64,000 nucleotides of DNA from Rubricoccaceae bacterium (GCA_963757585.1 CAVWRT010000003.1:5521-69520); one strand, 5' to 3'; shown: positions 8,422 through 22,571, counted from the stretch's first letter. Program-made: numbers and translations. Notes: generated from the letters alone by a model not told the origin.

Positions 8422-10704
8422 CTAGGGAGCGCCGTCGCCGGACAGTTCCGGCGGGTCGCTGGCCCAGGCGTCGGCCTCAGACAGGTCGGTCACGGGGGCA
8501 GGGCGGCGGGGCAGCCGCAGCACCCAGCCGCCGTGCTCGCCGGCCACTTCTTGGGCGCGGCCGCCCATCGCGCCCACCAGCCGGTGGATCAGGCTCGGCC
8601 CGATGCCCAAGCCGTCGGCCGGCACGCCGCCGAGCACGCTCAACTCGACCGCGTCCGCCCCGTGGGCCCGCAGCGTCACGTCCACGCGCGTGCCGGGCGC
8701 CGCGGCGACGGCGCCGACGACGAGGTGGCGCACGACGCGCTCGAACAGGCGCCGGTCGAGCAGGAGCGCCCCCTCCGGCAGCGTGCACCACAGGTTGAGC
8801 GCCAGCCGGCGCGCCTCGGCCGCCGTGCGGCCCGCCTCGGCGACGTGCGACACCACGGCGCAGGCGTCGACGGGCGTCAGGTGGAGCGTGATCTCGCCGT
8901 CGTCGAGCAGCGTCAGGTCCATCACGTCGTCCAGGGCGCTGAGCAGGCACTCGCCCGAGTGGCCGATCACGTCGCGCACCTCGGCGACCGCGTCGGGCGG
9001 CGTCTGCTCCGAAAGCCGGTCGGCGCAGCCCAGGATCGAGGTGAGCGGCGAGCGGATTTCGTGGTCGAGGTGCTTGCTCGGGCTCCGGAGCTGGGCGGAG
9101 GCGTCTGGCGCGGGGGCAACGTCAGTCGTGTCCAGGGCCACGCCCGTCAGCCCGTACGGGCGGTCTTGAGCGTCCAGGCGAGCGCGGACCTGGATGCGGA
9201 AGGTGCGCTCGCCAGCCGTGGCGCTCCAGCTGCCCTGGCCGCCGTCGAGTGCCGCCGCGATGCTCGCGCCTGCGCCCGGAGCGTCCGCAAAAACGTCCTG
9301 GACCGGCCGCCCCAGCGCGCGGTCGACGGACAGGCCCAGCAGGTCCAGGCTGCGGCCTCGGCTCATGGACAGGCAGCCGCGGCGGTCGGTCGAAAACAAG
9401 GCGACCGGCGCCTGCGACACCAGCGCCTCGATCTGGGCCTCGCGCTCGCGGATGCGGTCGGCGGCGCGGCGCGACTCGGTCGTGTCCTCGGTGACGAACA
9501 GGAAACGAGGGGCGTCGCGCTCGTCCCCGACTCGGGCGACGGTCGTGGCCAGCGTGCGCCGTCCGTCGCGTCCGTCGATCTCGATCTCGAAGCGCTGCGC
9601 CTGGCACGACTCGAGGGCGGTCCGGCAGGCGTGGAGCCACGAGGCGGCAAACTCCTCGCGGAGCTCAAGCTGGGAGGCGCACGCGCCCACCAGCGCCTCC
9701 GGGTTCTCGCCCATCATGGCCGCGCCGGCCTGGTTGACGGCCGCGACTTCGAGGTCGGCGCCGGTCGGGGTCTCGATGATCCGGGCCAACCCCATGCCCA
9801 TGGGCGCGGCCTCGAAAAACGCCGACAGGTCGGCCTCGCGCGCCGCCAGGCGCAGCGCCGTGTCGCGCCCGCCGAGCGCCGACCCGATCCAGCGCGCGAG
9901 CGCCTCGATAAGCGCCACGTCTTCGTCGCGGAACGAGCGCGTCCGGGGCTGGTGCGACGCGGCCGACAGCGTGCCGGCGCACTTGCCGCCGACAAACACC
10001 GGCGCGCCGAGGTAGCACCTGGGCTCGGCGATGGGCAGCGAAGACGCCCGGGCGTCTTGGATGGCAAACGGGCTGTCGCTCTGGGCCGTGAACGCGCAAA
10101 AGGTGTCGCCGAGCGCGAGCGCGTGCGTCGGGATCAGCAGCCCGGAGGGGTCAAAGATGGACTCAGGCACCCAATGGTTGCCCTCGACGCGAGCGAACAC
10201 GGCGCCGTGCAAACCGACCGCGTCGGCCAGGCGGACCAAGGCCAGCTCCAGGCGCTCGTCGAAGGTGCCGGGGTGCACCGCGACCTCGTGCAGCACCTGG
10301 GTCGAGGCCCCGCCCTGGCTCGTCGAGCGGACCAACCCGAGCGCGATCTGGATGGAGTCGGCAAAGGCGCGGTCCCAGTCGGCGTCGGGCGTGCGGCCCT
10401 CGGGGTCGATCACCAGCAAGGCGCCTTCTCCGTCTCCCAGCCGCGCGCCGGCCGCGAAGCGCGCGCCTTCGATGGCGCCGGCCACGTCGAGCACGTCGAT
10501 GTCTCCGGCCAGCGTCTCCGCCAGCTCGCGAAGCGCTCGGGCGTCGCCGCCCCAGCGCCCGGCCACCGAGAGCAGCCGAAGCACGCCGCTCGCCCCCGGC
10601 GCAAACAGGATCGCGGCGGACACGTCGAGCCGCTCGGTGATCAGGCGAAGGCCGGACTCGACCGGCGACGCGGGGTAGACCTCGTCGGAGACGTCCGGGA
10701 TCAT
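8422..10704 (-). CDS. GAF/PAS/HisKA sensor protein with degenerate HATPase domain
   Basis: GAF (TFCAFT...YLGAPVFVGG...GTL), two PAS-like blocks (FFEAAPMGM, VSQAPVALF), H-box HEIRSPLTSILG; N-box and G1 degenerate. Confidence 0.85.
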   Translation of the reverse strand: MIPDVSDEVYPASPVESGLRLITERLDVSAAILFAPGASGVLRLLSVAGRWGGDARALRELAETLAGDIDVLDVAGAIEGARFAAGARLGDGEGALLVIDPEGRTPDADWDRAFADSIQIALGLVRSTSQGGASTQVLHEVAVHPGTFDERLELALVRLADAVGLHGAVFARVEGNHWVPESIFDPSGLLIPTHALALGDTFCAFTAQSDSPFAIQDARASSLPIAEPRCYLGAPVFVGGKCAGTLSAASHQPRTRSFRDEDVALIEALARWIGSALGGRDTALRLAAREADLSAFFEAAPMGMGLARIIETPTGADLEVAAVNQAGAAMMGENPEALVGACASQLELREEFAASWLHACRTALESCQAQRFEIEIDGRDGRRTLATTVARVGDERDAPRFLFVTEDTTESRRAADRIREREAQIEALVSQAPVALFSTDRRGCLSMSRGRSLDLLGLSVDRALGRPVQDVFADAPGAGASIAAALDGGQGSWSATAGERTFRIQVRARLDAQDRPYGLTGVALDTTDVAPAPDASAQLRSPSKHLDHEIRSPLTSILGCADRLSEQTPPDAVAEVRDVIGHSGECLLSALDDVMDLTLLDDGEITLHLTPVDACAVVSHVAEAGRTAAEARRLALNLWCTLPEGALLLDRRLFERVVRHLVVGAVAAAPGTRVDVTLRAHGADAVELSVLGGVPADGLGIGPSLIHRLVGAMGGRAQEVAGEHGGWVLRLPRRPAPVTDLSEADAWASDPPELSGDGAP

Positions 10705-10790
10705 CGGGTGGTCCAGGAAAACAGGGGAGGGAGAGCGAGGGGTATCGCCGGCTCAGGCCAAACCTGAAACAGGCGCCGGGGCGGCGGCTC

Positions 10791-10822
10791 CGCCCGCCTC
10801 GGGCGCGGCACCGAGGCGGGCG
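10791..10822. repeat. Motif inverted pair between divergent genes
   Basis: CGCCCGCCTCGG-gcgcggca-CCGAGGCGGGCG perfect 12-bp stem. Confidence 0.88.
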
Positions 10823-10935
10823 AGGCTGGGCGGGTGCGTCGGCGGGTGCCTGGGCGGGCCGAATCGGCACCATGCGGACGCAGAACTGGGCGCATTTTGT
10901 GTGTCCGCCGTTCCGCGCCCGCCTTCCGCGTTCTC

Positions 10936-11454
10936 GTGCCCGACCTCGCCGCCGCCCTCCGCTCCGTCCCCGACTTTCCCCAGCCGGGCGTTCTGTTCAA
11001 AGACCTCACGCCGGTTCTGGCCGACCCGGCGCTCTCGGAGGAGATGCTGGCTCAGTTGGCAGCGCCCTGGCACGACGCCGGCATCACCCACGTCGTGGGC
11101 ATCGAGGCGCGCGGCTTCTGGTTCGGGCCGGCCCTGGCCGCGCGGCTGGGGGCGGGCTTCGTGCCGGCCCGCAAGCCGGGCAAGCTGCCGGCGCCGACGG
11201 TCTCGGCCAGCTACGCGCTCGAGTACGGGCGCGACACGCTGGAGCTCCACGGCCAGGACCTGCCCGGCGGCGCCGTCGTGCTCGTCCACGACGACGTGAT
11301 CGCGACGGGCGGGACGGCTGGCGCGGCGTGCCGGCTGGTGACCCAGGCCGGCGCCGCTGTCGCGGGATGCTCGTTCGCCATCGAGATCGCGGCGCTGGAC
11401 GGCCGGCGCGCCCTACCCGACGGGACGCGCACCGAGGCTGTCGTGGTGACCTAG
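10936..11454 (+). CDS. apt: Adenine phosphoribosyltransferase
   Basis: PDFPQPGVLFKD, GIEARGF, RKPGKLP, YALEYG, VHDDVIATGGT; GTG start inferred. Confidence 0.93.
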   Translation: MPDLAAALRSVPDFPQPGVLFKDLTPVLADPALSEEMLAQLAAPWHDAGITHVVGIEARGFWFGPALAARLGAGFVPARKPGKLPAPTVSASYALEYGRDTLELHGQDLPGGAVVLVHDDVIATGGTAGAACRLVTQAGAAVAGCSFAIEIAALDGRRALPDGTRTEAVVVT

Positions 11455-11849
11455 CGGACGGCGATGCAGCTGATCTCGACGCAGGCCTCGCGCGGCAGCT
11501 TGCCCACCTCCAGCGCCTCGCGCGCCGGCGTGGCGCCGCTGAAGTAGCGCGCGTAGACCTCGTTGGCCATCGCGTAGTCGTCCATGTTGCGCAGGAACAG
11601 CGTCACCTGGACGACGTGGGCAAAGTCCATGTCGGCGGCCCGGAGCACGGCGCCGATGTTGTCGAGCGCCTGAGCGGTCTCGTCCTGCACGTCGCCCTCG
11701 ATCTTGTCGCCGGTCTCGGGGTCGAGCGCGATCTGGCCCGACACGTAGAGCGTGTCGCCGACCAGCACGCCTTGCGCGTAGGGGCCGATGGAGGCTGGCG
11801 CGCCGGGCGTCTCGATCCGTTCGCGTCGAGAGGGAGGGGGGATCGGCAT
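11451..11849 (-). CDS. ridA: RidA/YjgF family reactive-intermediate deaminase
   Basis: APASIGPYAQG, LYVSGQIALDP, NEVYARYF, PAR, VEISCIA; true start inside the long ORF-track ORF. Confidence 0.9.
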   Translation of the reverse strand: MPIPPPSRRERIETPGAPASIGPYAQGVLVGDTLYVSGQIALDPETGDKIEGDVQDETAQALDNIGAVLRAADMDFAHVVQVTLFLRNMDDYAMANEVYARYFSGATPAREALEVGKLPREACVEISCIAVR

Positions 11850-12158
11850 GGCAGCAGGAAGCGAGTGGCGCAAGGTGGCGCGGATTCTGGCGGGCGACGG
11901 CGAAGAAGCGCGAAACTCGGACGCCCAGCCGCCGAGGCGGCCCCCGAGCCCGCCGCCGAGGTGGCCCGCCTCGGCGGCGGCGGCGGGCGCCCTGGCCGTG
12001 CGGCGTGCCCGCCGGGTCGGGTGTGCCACGCCGCGGGCACGGAGCCGGCGGGGCGGCCCGTTCGTGCCCTGTGAGACGCGCCCCGTCGGCGTAGCTTCTC
12101 GGCTCGCCAGCCCCGCACCGCGTCCCGCGCCTCCGCACCCCGACTCTCCTAGGCCCTC

Positions 12159-15100
12159 ATGCGCCCCGCGCTGGCTCGTCTGCTCCTGGTCGCCCTCGCG
12201 GCGACCGCTTTCGCCGGGTGCCGGTCCGGCTCGGCGCTGCACGGCCGCTACAACAACTTCCGCGCGTACTACAACACGTACTACAACGCGTCGCGGTCGC
12301 TGGAGGAGGGCGAGCTGGCGCTCGAGCGCGCCGCCGTCACCGTCGACCGGACGCGGCTGGTGCCAGTCTTCCCCGAGACCGCGGGCGCCGGCGGCACGTC
12401 GGGCCCGTTCCAGGACACCATCGACAAAAGCGCCGAGCTGCTGCGCAACCGCCCCGGCTCCAAGTGGGCCGACGACGCGCTGCTGCTGATCGGCAAGGCC
12501 TACTTCTACCAGCGCAACCTGGCCGGCGCCGAGCAGAAGTTCCGCGAGACCATGGCCGCGGCGGCCCAGAGCGACGACCGGCGGCTGGCCGACGAGTCCC
12601 TGTTCTGGCTCGGCCGCACCTACGCCGCGTTCAACCGGTTTGACGAGGGCGTCAGCGTGCTCGAAGAGGGGCTGGCCCGCGAGGGTGGTGACCGCCGCTG
12701 GACGGCGCGGATGCGCCTGGCGCTGGGCGAGCTCTACGCGCGCGCCGAGCGCTGGGACGAGGCCGCCGAGACACTGCGAGCCGGGGCTCCGGACGAGCGC
12801 GACGCCGACATCGCCGCCCGGGCCTACGTCCTGCTCGGCCAGGTCGAGGAGCACGCCGAGCGCTGGGACCTGGCGGCCCAGGCCTACCAGCAGGCGCTCG
12901 ACCGCCGGCCGGCCTACGAGCTCGCGTTCGCCGCCCAGGTGGGCCGCGCGCTCGTGCTGGGCGTCGACGGAGGCGAGAGCGACGCCGGCCTCGGCATCGT
13001 CCGCGCCATGCGGGGCGACGACAAAAACTTCGACCGCCGAGGCGAACTGGCCCTCGTCGAGGCCCGCCTCCGCGCCTCGGCGGGCGAGGCTCCGGCCGCG
13101 CAGCGCCTGTTCCGGCAGGTGCTCTACGACCCCGACCTCCAGACTCCCGCGCCGGTCAAGGGCCAGGCTCACTACCGGCTGGCCGAGTTCTACCGCGACG
13201 GCCTGAACGACTACGTCCGCGCCTCGGCCCACTTCGACACGGCTGCGACCCAGCTCCGCGCGCCGGCGACGGCACTCCGCGCCTCGCGCGACGCCATCCT
13301 GGACGTGTCGGACGAGGCGCAGACCTACGCCGTGCTGGCCTCTGCCGCCCGCCGCATCGCCGACGTGGACTCGCTGCTGGCGCTCGGGGATCTCGACGAG
13401 GACGCGTTCCGCGCGCGCATCGCGGACATCGAGGCCGAACGCCGCCGCATCTACGTCGACGAGCAGCGCCGGCTCGACGCGTTGCGCACGGCCGAGCAGT
13501 TCCGCGGCGGCGGCGTCGTGACGGAAGGCGGGGAGGCCAGAGCCGGCCGGCAGGAAGGCCCGGCTCGCGCGCGCGAGACCGTGGGCGCGGTGTCTGGTGG
13601 CTCGGGCGGTTTCCTGTCGTTCCGGGACCCGGCCTCCGTTCAGGCCGGCCAGATCGCGTTCGTGCAGCGCTGGGGCGAGCGGCCGCTGGTGCCGAGCTGG
13701 CGCCGCCGCGCCGCGGTCCAGGCCGGGGACATCGCCGCCGCCCGCGGCACGGTCAGCACCACGGTGCAAGGCGGGCTGGGGCTGGGCGAGGGGCCGCCGC
13801 CGCTGAGCCTGAACGCGGTGCCGCGCACGCCGGCCAAGCGCAACGAGGTGATCACCGAGCTGTCGGGCCTGCGCTACGAGCTCGCCAACGCCTTTTTCCT
13901 GTCGCTCGGCCGCGCCGACACGGCGGCGGTGCTCTACCGGACCATCCTGTCCGAGACGCCCGACCTGCCGGTCGCCGTCCGCGCTCGCTACGCGCTCGCC
14001 GAGATCGAGCGCGCCGCGGGCCGCGACGAGGTGGCGCGGCCGCTCTACGAAGCCGTCGCCGCCGCCGACACGTCGGCGCTGGGCCGCTCGTCGCGCGCCC
14101 GCCTCGGGCAGGTGCTGGAGGAGGTCGGGGCCGGGCCCGTCGAGACCTCGGCCGCCTACGACGCCGCGCGCGCGCGCTGGCGCAGCGGTGACGCGCTGGC
14201 CGGCATGGAGGCCCTGGTCCAGGTGGGCGACGCCCAGCCCGAGGCGGGCACGGCGCCGCGCGCCTACCTCGCGGCCGCGGCGGCCTACCTCGAGTGGGCC
14301 GACGCCGACCCGCAGACGCTAGCCGCGTTCCTGCCCGACAGCCTGATTTCCCGCGCGCTGCTGGAAACGGCCATGTCGCAGGACATGACGCTCGCCGAGG
14401 AGCGCGCGGCTGCGGCTCCTGCCGCCGGCGAGGGCCAGCGGGCCCGCAGCGCCTTGGCCGGTGAGGAGGAGGCTGTGGGCAGCGGGGACGCCGAGCGTCC
14501 GCGCGTGCTCGACGAGGGAGACCAGCGTCTTCGACAGCCCGTCACCAAGACCCCGCCGGACGAGGTCGCGCCGGACGAGGTCGCGCCGGACGAGGTCGCT
14601 CCGGACTCGGCCACGTTCACGATCCGCCACCACCTGGTCGCCCTCGCCACGCGCTACCCCGGCACGCCCTACGCCGACCGCGCCATGCTGCTGGCGACGG
14701 CCCTGCCCATCCCCCTCGCGCCGGATCCGGCGACCGCAACCGACTCGACCGCGACTGGCTCCGCCGCGACTGACTCCGTCGAAGCCGAGGCCGAACCGGC
14801 CGATTCCACCGCCGTCCCGCCTGCGCTTGCGGAGACGCCAGGCCCCGCCGACGTGCAGGCCCCAGCGGACCTGAGTGGCCTGAAGGGCGAGATGCCGCCT
14901 GACCCCTCGGAGGGCGGGTTTACCTGGCGCGTCCAGCGCGTCACGTTGGCCGACGAGGCGACGGCCGTGGTGGCGGCGTTGCAGTCAGCCGGCTTCCGAG
15001 TGGCGACGCTGCGAGACCCCGAGCGCGGAGACGTCGTGATCGCCCTCGGCCAGTTCACGACCGAGGCGGAGGCGGAGGCCGCGCGCACCAGCCTGCCGGC

Positions 15101-15185
15101 GTGGGCCCAGATCCGGGGCGAGATCATCCCGCTCGGCGGTCTCCTCCCAGTCTCCTCTGGACCGGCACGCGCGGGCGACTTGTAG
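12159..15185 (+). CDS. TPR lipoprotein, SprE/PorW-like T9SS component, with C-terminal SPOR-like domain
   Basis: Lipobox AFAGC; YNNFRAYYNTYYNA and SKWADDALLLIGKAYFY start; WGERPLVPSWRR resembles the SprE motif; multiple TPRs; C-terminal GQFTTEAEAEAAR. Confidence 0.75.
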   Translation: MRPALARLLLVALAATAFAGCRSGSALHGRYNNFRAYYNTYYNASRSLEEGELALERAAVTVDRTRLVPVFPETAGAGGTSGPFQDTIDKSAELLRNRPGSKWADDALLLIGKAYFYQRNLAGAEQKFRETMAAAAQSDDRRLADESLFWLGRTYAAFNRFDEGVSVLEEGLAREGGDRRWTARMRLALGELYARAERWDEAAETLRAGAPDERDADIAARAYVLLGQVEEHAERWDLAAQAYQQALDRRPAYELAFAAQVGRALVLGVDGGESDAGLGIVRAMRGDDKNFDRRGELALVEARLRASAGEAPAAQRLFRQVLYDPDLQTPAPVKGQAHYRLAEFYRDGLNDYVRASAHFDTAATQLRAPATALRASRDAILDVSDEAQTYAVLASAARRIADVDSLLALGDLDEDAFRARIADIEAERRRIYVDEQRRLDALRTAEQFRGGGVVTEGGEARAGRQEGPARARETVGAVSGGSGGFLSFRDPASVQAGQIAFVQRWGERPLVPSWRRRAAVQAGDIAAARGTVSTTVQGGLGLGEGPPPLSLNAVPRTPAKRNEVITELSGLRYELANAFFLSLGRADTAAVLYRTILSETPDLPVAVRARYALAEIERAAGRDEVARPLYEAVAAADTSALGRSSRARLGQVLEEVGAGPVETSAAYDAARARWRSGDALAGMEALVQVGDAQPEAGTAPRAYLAAAAAYLEWADADPQTLAAFLPDSLISRALLETAMSQDMTLAEERAAAAPAAGEGQRARSALAGEEEAVGSGDAERPRVLDEGDQRLRQPVTKTPPDEVAPDEVAPDEVAPDSATFTIRHHLVALATRYPGTPYADRAMLLATALPIPLAPDPATATDSTATGSAATDSVEAEAEPADSTAVPPALAETPGPADVQAPADLSGLKGEMPPDPSEGGFTWRVQRVTLADEATAVVAALQSAGFRVATLRDPERGDVVIALGQFTTEAEAEAARTSLPAWAQIRGEIIPLGGLLPVSSGPARAGDL
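14556..14606 (+). repeat. 15-bp coding tandem repeat CCGGACGAGGTCGCG x3.4 (PDEVA)
   Basis: Read directly from sequence. Confidence 0.9.
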
Positions 15186-15391
15186 TCGAGTTAGTAGCTC
15201 CGAGACGGGGCGCGAGTTCTCGACAGAAGGCCCCGCCTCGGGCACCGGGTAGAGGATCTCGCCGCCGCCTCGTCCGTGCTCGGCACGAGCCCGTGGAACC
15301 TGCCTCCCAGGGTCGGGTACCGCCTCCCCTTTCGTCGACTGCTTTGTTTCGCGCGCGCGACCGCGCTTCCGCGCCCCGGCGCGACTCTGCT

Positions 15392-17497
<2,106 letters not shown>

Positions 17498-17757
17498 CGC
17501 CTTGGCCCGCTCACCTCAGGGAGGGCGCCGCCGAGGCGGGCGTAGCACGACCGCGACCAGGGTTGGCATCGTGGTCTATCGGTCTGTATCGATGTCCAAT
17601 CTGCACTGAAGCTTCGCGCCTCAGCGAGTCGCAGAGTGGTTTCGGCTCGGCTTTGTGAAGGTCCCGGCATGGGAGCGCGCCGGCTTGGCGTCTAGCTTGG
17701 AGGTCCTGATTCGCCCGCGGCAGCTGTCGCCGCGCGCTCGTCCACTCGCGATACCGA

Positions 17758-18132
17758 ATGCCTACGATCAACCAGCTTGTCCGCAAGGGCCGCACGCCCA
17801 AGCGCAAGACCTCCGGGTCGATTGCGCTCCAGGGCAACCCGCAGCGCCGCGGCGTCTGCACCCGTGTGTACACGACCACGCCGAAAAAGCCGAACTCCGC
17901 CCTGCGCAAGGTCGCCAAGGTGCGCCTGACGAACGGCTACGAGGTCATCGCCTACATCCCGGGCGAGGGTCACAACCTGCAGGAGCACTCCATCGTGCTC
18001 GTCCGCGGCGGCGGCGCCAAGGACCTGCCGGGCGTCAAGTACCACATCGTGCGTGGCGCGCTCGACACGGCCGGCGTGGCCGACCGCAAGAAGAGCCGCT
18101 CCAAGTACGGCGCCAAGAAGCCCAAGAACTAG
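17758..18132 (+). CDS. rpsL: 30S ribosomal protein S12
   Basis: [29 protein letters not shown]. Confidence 0.99.
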   Translation: MPTINQLVRKGRTPKRKTSGSIALQGNPQRRGVCTRVYTTTPKKPNSALRKVAKVRLTNGYEVIAYIPGEGHNLQEHSIVLVRGGGAKDLPGVKYHIVRGALDTAGVADRKKSRSKYGAKKPKN

Positions 18133-18219
18133 CTCGCCCGGCCTCGGGCTCGGCACGGACACCGCGGTGTCCGTGGGCCGACCGAGGCGGACCGTGCCGG
18201 CCCCCCAGATTCCAGACCC

Positions 18220-18690
18220 ATGCGCAGGAAGCAAGCAGAAAAGCGGATCCCGATCCCCGATCCCATCTACGGAGACGTCACCGTCGCCAAGTTTATCGCC
18301 GCGGTCATGCGCGACGGCAAAAAGTCCGTCGCCCAGCGGCTGGTCTACGGCGCCTTCGACCTGGCCGAGGAGCGCACCGGCGAGCCCGGCGTCGAGATCT
18401 TCCGCCAGGCGCTGACGAACGCGTCGCCGCTGGCCGAGGTGCGGAGCCGCCGCGTCGGCGGCGCGACCTACCAGGTGCCCATCGAGGTGCGCCCGGAGCG
18501 GCGCACGTCGCTGGCCTTCCGCTGGCTCTTGCAGTACGCCAAGACGCGCGGCGACAAGTCGATGGCCAACCGCCTGGCGGCCGAGCTGATCGCGGCCAGC
18601 CGCGGCGAGGGCGGCGCCGTCAAGAAAAAGGACGACACGCACCGCATGGCCGAGGCCAACAAGGCCTTCGCTCACTTTGCGCGCTTCTAA
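18220..18690 (+). CDS. rpsG: 30S ribosomal protein S7
   Basis: [24 protein letters not shown]. Confidence 0.99.
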   Translation: MRRKQAEKRIPIPDPIYGDVTVAKFIAAVMRDGKKSVAQRLVYGAFDLAEERTGEPGVEIFRQALTNASPLAEVRSRRVGGATYQVPIEVRPERRTSLAFRWLLQYAKTRGDKSMANRLAAELIAASRGEGGAVKKKDDTHRMAEANKAFAHFARF

Positions 18691-18749
18691 ACCGAACCGG
18701 CACCCCCACCCCGGTCCACCGACACCGGCTTCCCCCGGAGCCCACTGAT

Positions 18750-20864
18750 ATGGCTGAAGTCCTCCCCGACAACCTCCAAGGCAAAACCTTCTCGCTGGCC
18801 AAGACCCGAAACATCGGGATCTCGGCCCACATCGACGCGGGCAAAACCACGACCACGGAGCGCATCCTGTACTACACCGGTAAAACCCACCGGATTGGCG
18901 AGGTCCACGAGGGCGGCGCCACGATGGACTGGATGGAGCAGGAGAAGGAGCGCGGCATCACCATCACCTCGGCGGCCACGACCGCCGAGTGGAAGGACCA
19001 CCGCATCAACATTATCGACACGCCCGGCCACGTCGACTTCACGGTCGAGGTGGAGCGCTCGCTCCGCGTGCTCGACGGCGCGGTCGCGCTGTTCTGCTCG
19101 GTTGGCGGCGTCGAGCCCCAGTCGGAGACCGTCTGGCGGCAGATGGACAAGTACAGCGTCCCCCGCATCGCGTTCGTCAACAAGATGGACCGCACGGGCG
19201 CCAACTTCGAGAACGCCGTCCAGATGATGAAGGACCGGCTCGGCGCCAACGCCGTGCCGATCCAGATCCCGATCGGTGACGGCGAGATGTTCCGCGGCCA
19301 CGTGGACCTGATCACCAACACGGCGTTCATCTTCGACGACGCGACCCAGGGCTCGACCTGGGACGAGGTCGAGATCCCGGAGGACCTCAAGCCGGTCGCC
19401 AAGAAGGCCCGGATCGCCCTCCTGGAGGCCGTCGCGGAGCACAACGACGACCTGCTGATGATGTACCTCGAAGGCGAGGAGCTTCCCACCGACGAGGTCA
19501 AGGCGACCGTCCGCAAGGCGGTCATCTCGATGGACATCACGCCGGTCCTGTGCGGCTCGGCGTTCAAGAACAAGGGCGTCCAGCAGCTGCTCGACGCCGT
19601 CGTGGACTACCTGCCCAGCCCCCACGACGTCCCGGCCATCGAGGGCCACGCGCCGCGCTCGGACGTCCACATTTCGCGCCCGGCCGACCCCGACGGCCCG
19701 TTCGCCGCGATCGCGTTCAAGATCGCGACCGACCCCTACGTCGGCCGCATCACGTTCGCGCGCGTCTACTCGGGCACCCTCAACAAGGGCGACGCGCTCA
19801 TCAACGCCAACACCGAGAAAAAAGAGCGCGCCGGGCGCCTGCTCTTTATGCACGCCAACACGCGCGAGGACGTCGACCAGGTCAAGGCCGGCGACATCTG
19901 CGCGATCGTGGGCCTGAAGGACACCAAGACCGGCGACACGCTCGCTGACCCCAACGACCCCGTCGTGCTGGAGTCGATGGACTTTCCCGAGCCGGTCATC
20001 AAGATCGCGATCGAGCCCAAGACCAAGGCCGACATCGACAAGCTCGGCGTCGGGCTGCAGAAGCTGGCCGAGGAGGACCCTACCTTCAAGGTGTCGGGCG
20101 ACGACGAGACCGGGCAGACGCTGATCGCGGGCATGGGCGAGCTCCACCTCGAGATCATCGTGGACCGCCTCAAGCGCGAGTTCAAGGTCGAGGCGAATGT
20201 CGGCGAGCCCCAGGTGTCGTACCGCGAGGCGATCCGCAAGGGCGTCGACCACTCGTACACGCACAAGAAGCAGTCGGGCGGCCGCGGCCAGTATGCCCAC
20301 GTCGACATCGAGTTCACGCCGATGGAGGAAGGCGGCGTCGGCCTGGAGTTCATCGACGAGATCAAGGGCGGGTCCATCCCGCGCGAGTTTATCACGTCGG
20401 TCCAGAAGGGCATCGAAAGCGCTCTCGACCAGGGTCCGATCGCGGGCTACCCCATCGAGGGCATCAAGGCGCGCCTGTACGACGGCAAGTTCCACAACGT
20501 CGACTCGGACCAGTTGTCGTTCGAGATCGCCGGCCGCATGGCCTTCCGCGAGGCGACCCGCCGCGCCGACCCGGTCATCATGGAGCCGGTGATGAAGGTC
20601 GAGGTCATCACGCCCGAGGAGTACATGGGCGACGTGATCGGCGACCTCTCGTCCCGCCGAGGCCAGATCGACGGCATGGGCCAGCGCAACGACGCCCAGG
20701 TGATCGACGCGATGGTGCCGCTGTCCGAGATGTTCGGCTACTCGACCGACCTGCGGTCCAACACCCAAGGCCGCGCGATCTACTCGATGCAGTTCGACCA
20801 CTACAGCGAGGTGCCCAAGTCCATCGCGGACGAGATCGCCAACGACGGAAAGACGGCCGCCTAG
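18750..20864 (+). CDS. fusA: Elongation factor G
   Basis: [36 protein letters not shown]. Confidence 0.98.
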   Translation: MAEVLPDNLQGKTFSLAKTRNIGISAHIDAGKTTTTERILYYTGKTHRIGEVHEGGATMDWMEQEKERGITITSAATTAEWKDHRINIIDTPGHVDFTVEVERSLRVLDGAVALFCSVGGVEPQSETVWRQMDKYSVPRIAFVNKMDRTGANFENAVQMMKDRLGANAVPIQIPIGDGEMFRGHVDLITNTAFIFDDATQGSTWDEVEIPEDLKPVAKKARIALLEAVAEHNDDLLMMYLEGEELPTDEVKATVRKAVISMDITPVLCGSAFKNKGVQQLLDAVVDYLPSPHDVPAIEGHAPRSDVHISRPADPDGPFAAIAFKIATDPYVGRITFARVYSGTLNKGDALINANTEKKERAGRLLFMHANTREDVDQVKAGDICAIVGLKDTKTGDTLADPNDPVVLESMDFPEPVIKIAIEPKTKADIDKLGVGLQKLAEEDPTFKVSGDDETGQTLIAGMGELHLEIIVDRLKREFKVEANVGEPQVSYREAIRKGVDHSYTHKKQSGGRGQYAHVDIEFTPMEEGGVGLEFIDEIKGGSIPREFITSVQKGIESALDQGPIAGYPIEGIKARLYDGKFHNVDSDQLSFEIAGRMAFREATRRADPVIMEPVMKVEVITPEEYMGDVIGDLSSRRGQIDGMGQRNDAQVIDAMVPLSEMFGYSTDLRSNTQGRAIYSMQFDHYSEVPKSIADEIANDGKTAA

Positions 20865-20935
20865 CGGCCCGGTGACTCCGCCTCGGGCGGACGGTCGCCA
20901 CCCACACCACACAGACACACAAGACCACCGGAATC

Positions 20936-22123
<1,188 letters not shown>

Positions 22124-22141
22124 AAACACACGGTCCACCGA

Positions 22142-22175
22142 GCGGTGGGGGTCGACTTTGGTTGACTCCCGCCGC
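22142..22175 (+). promoter_or_regulatory. 15-bp RNA hairpin with three G-U pairs between tuf and rpsJ
   Basis: GCGGTGGGGGTCGAC-TTTG-GTTGACTCCCGCCGC pairs fully only with G-U wobble on the + strand; no U-tract follows. Confidence 0.6.
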
Positions 22176-22198
22176 GTCGGCGACACCTGACTCAACTC

Positions 22199-22507
22199 AT
22201 GGCAAACCAGACCATCCGGATCAAGCTCAAGTCGTTCGACCACACGCTGGTCGACAAGAGCGCCGAGAAGATCATCCGCACCGTCAAGTCGACGGGCGCC
22301 GTCGTGAGCGGGCCGATCCCGCTGCCGACGCGCAAGAAGATCTACACGGTCCTGTCCGGCCCGCACGTCGACAAGAAGGCGCGCGACCAGTTCGAGATCC
22401 GCTCGCACAAGCGGCTGATCGACATCCTGTCCACCTCGTCGGCGACGGTCGATGCCCTGATGAAGCTGGAGCTTCCGTCGGGCGTCGATGTCGAGATCAA
22501 GGTGTGA
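22199..22507 (+). CDS. rpsJ: 30S ribosomal protein S10
   Basis: [17 protein letters not shown]. Confidence 0.99.
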   Translation: MANQTIRIKLKSFDHTLVDKSAEKIIRTVKSTGAVVSGPIPLPTRKKIYTVLSGPHVDKKARDQFEIRSHKRLIDILSTSSATVDALMKLELPSGVDVEIKV

Positions 22508-22571
22508 TCCGCGCCGTGCGGGCTCCCCGTGCGGCAATCAACTTCCAGCTTAACTAAACCAGAGGGTTTCA

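Noticed and set aside
17500..17757. Possible tRNA or ncRNA upstream of rpsL (likewise 42330-42548)
   Set aside because: No cloverleaf, T-loop or recognisable riboswitch; best explained as promoter regions.
17655..20864. 1069-aa ORF running through rpsL and rpsG into fusA
   Set aside because: The N-terminal ~365 aa is an off-frame Arg/Pro-rich reading of rpsL/rpsG; EF-G homology starts at 18750. Stop-free alternative frames are expected at this GC.
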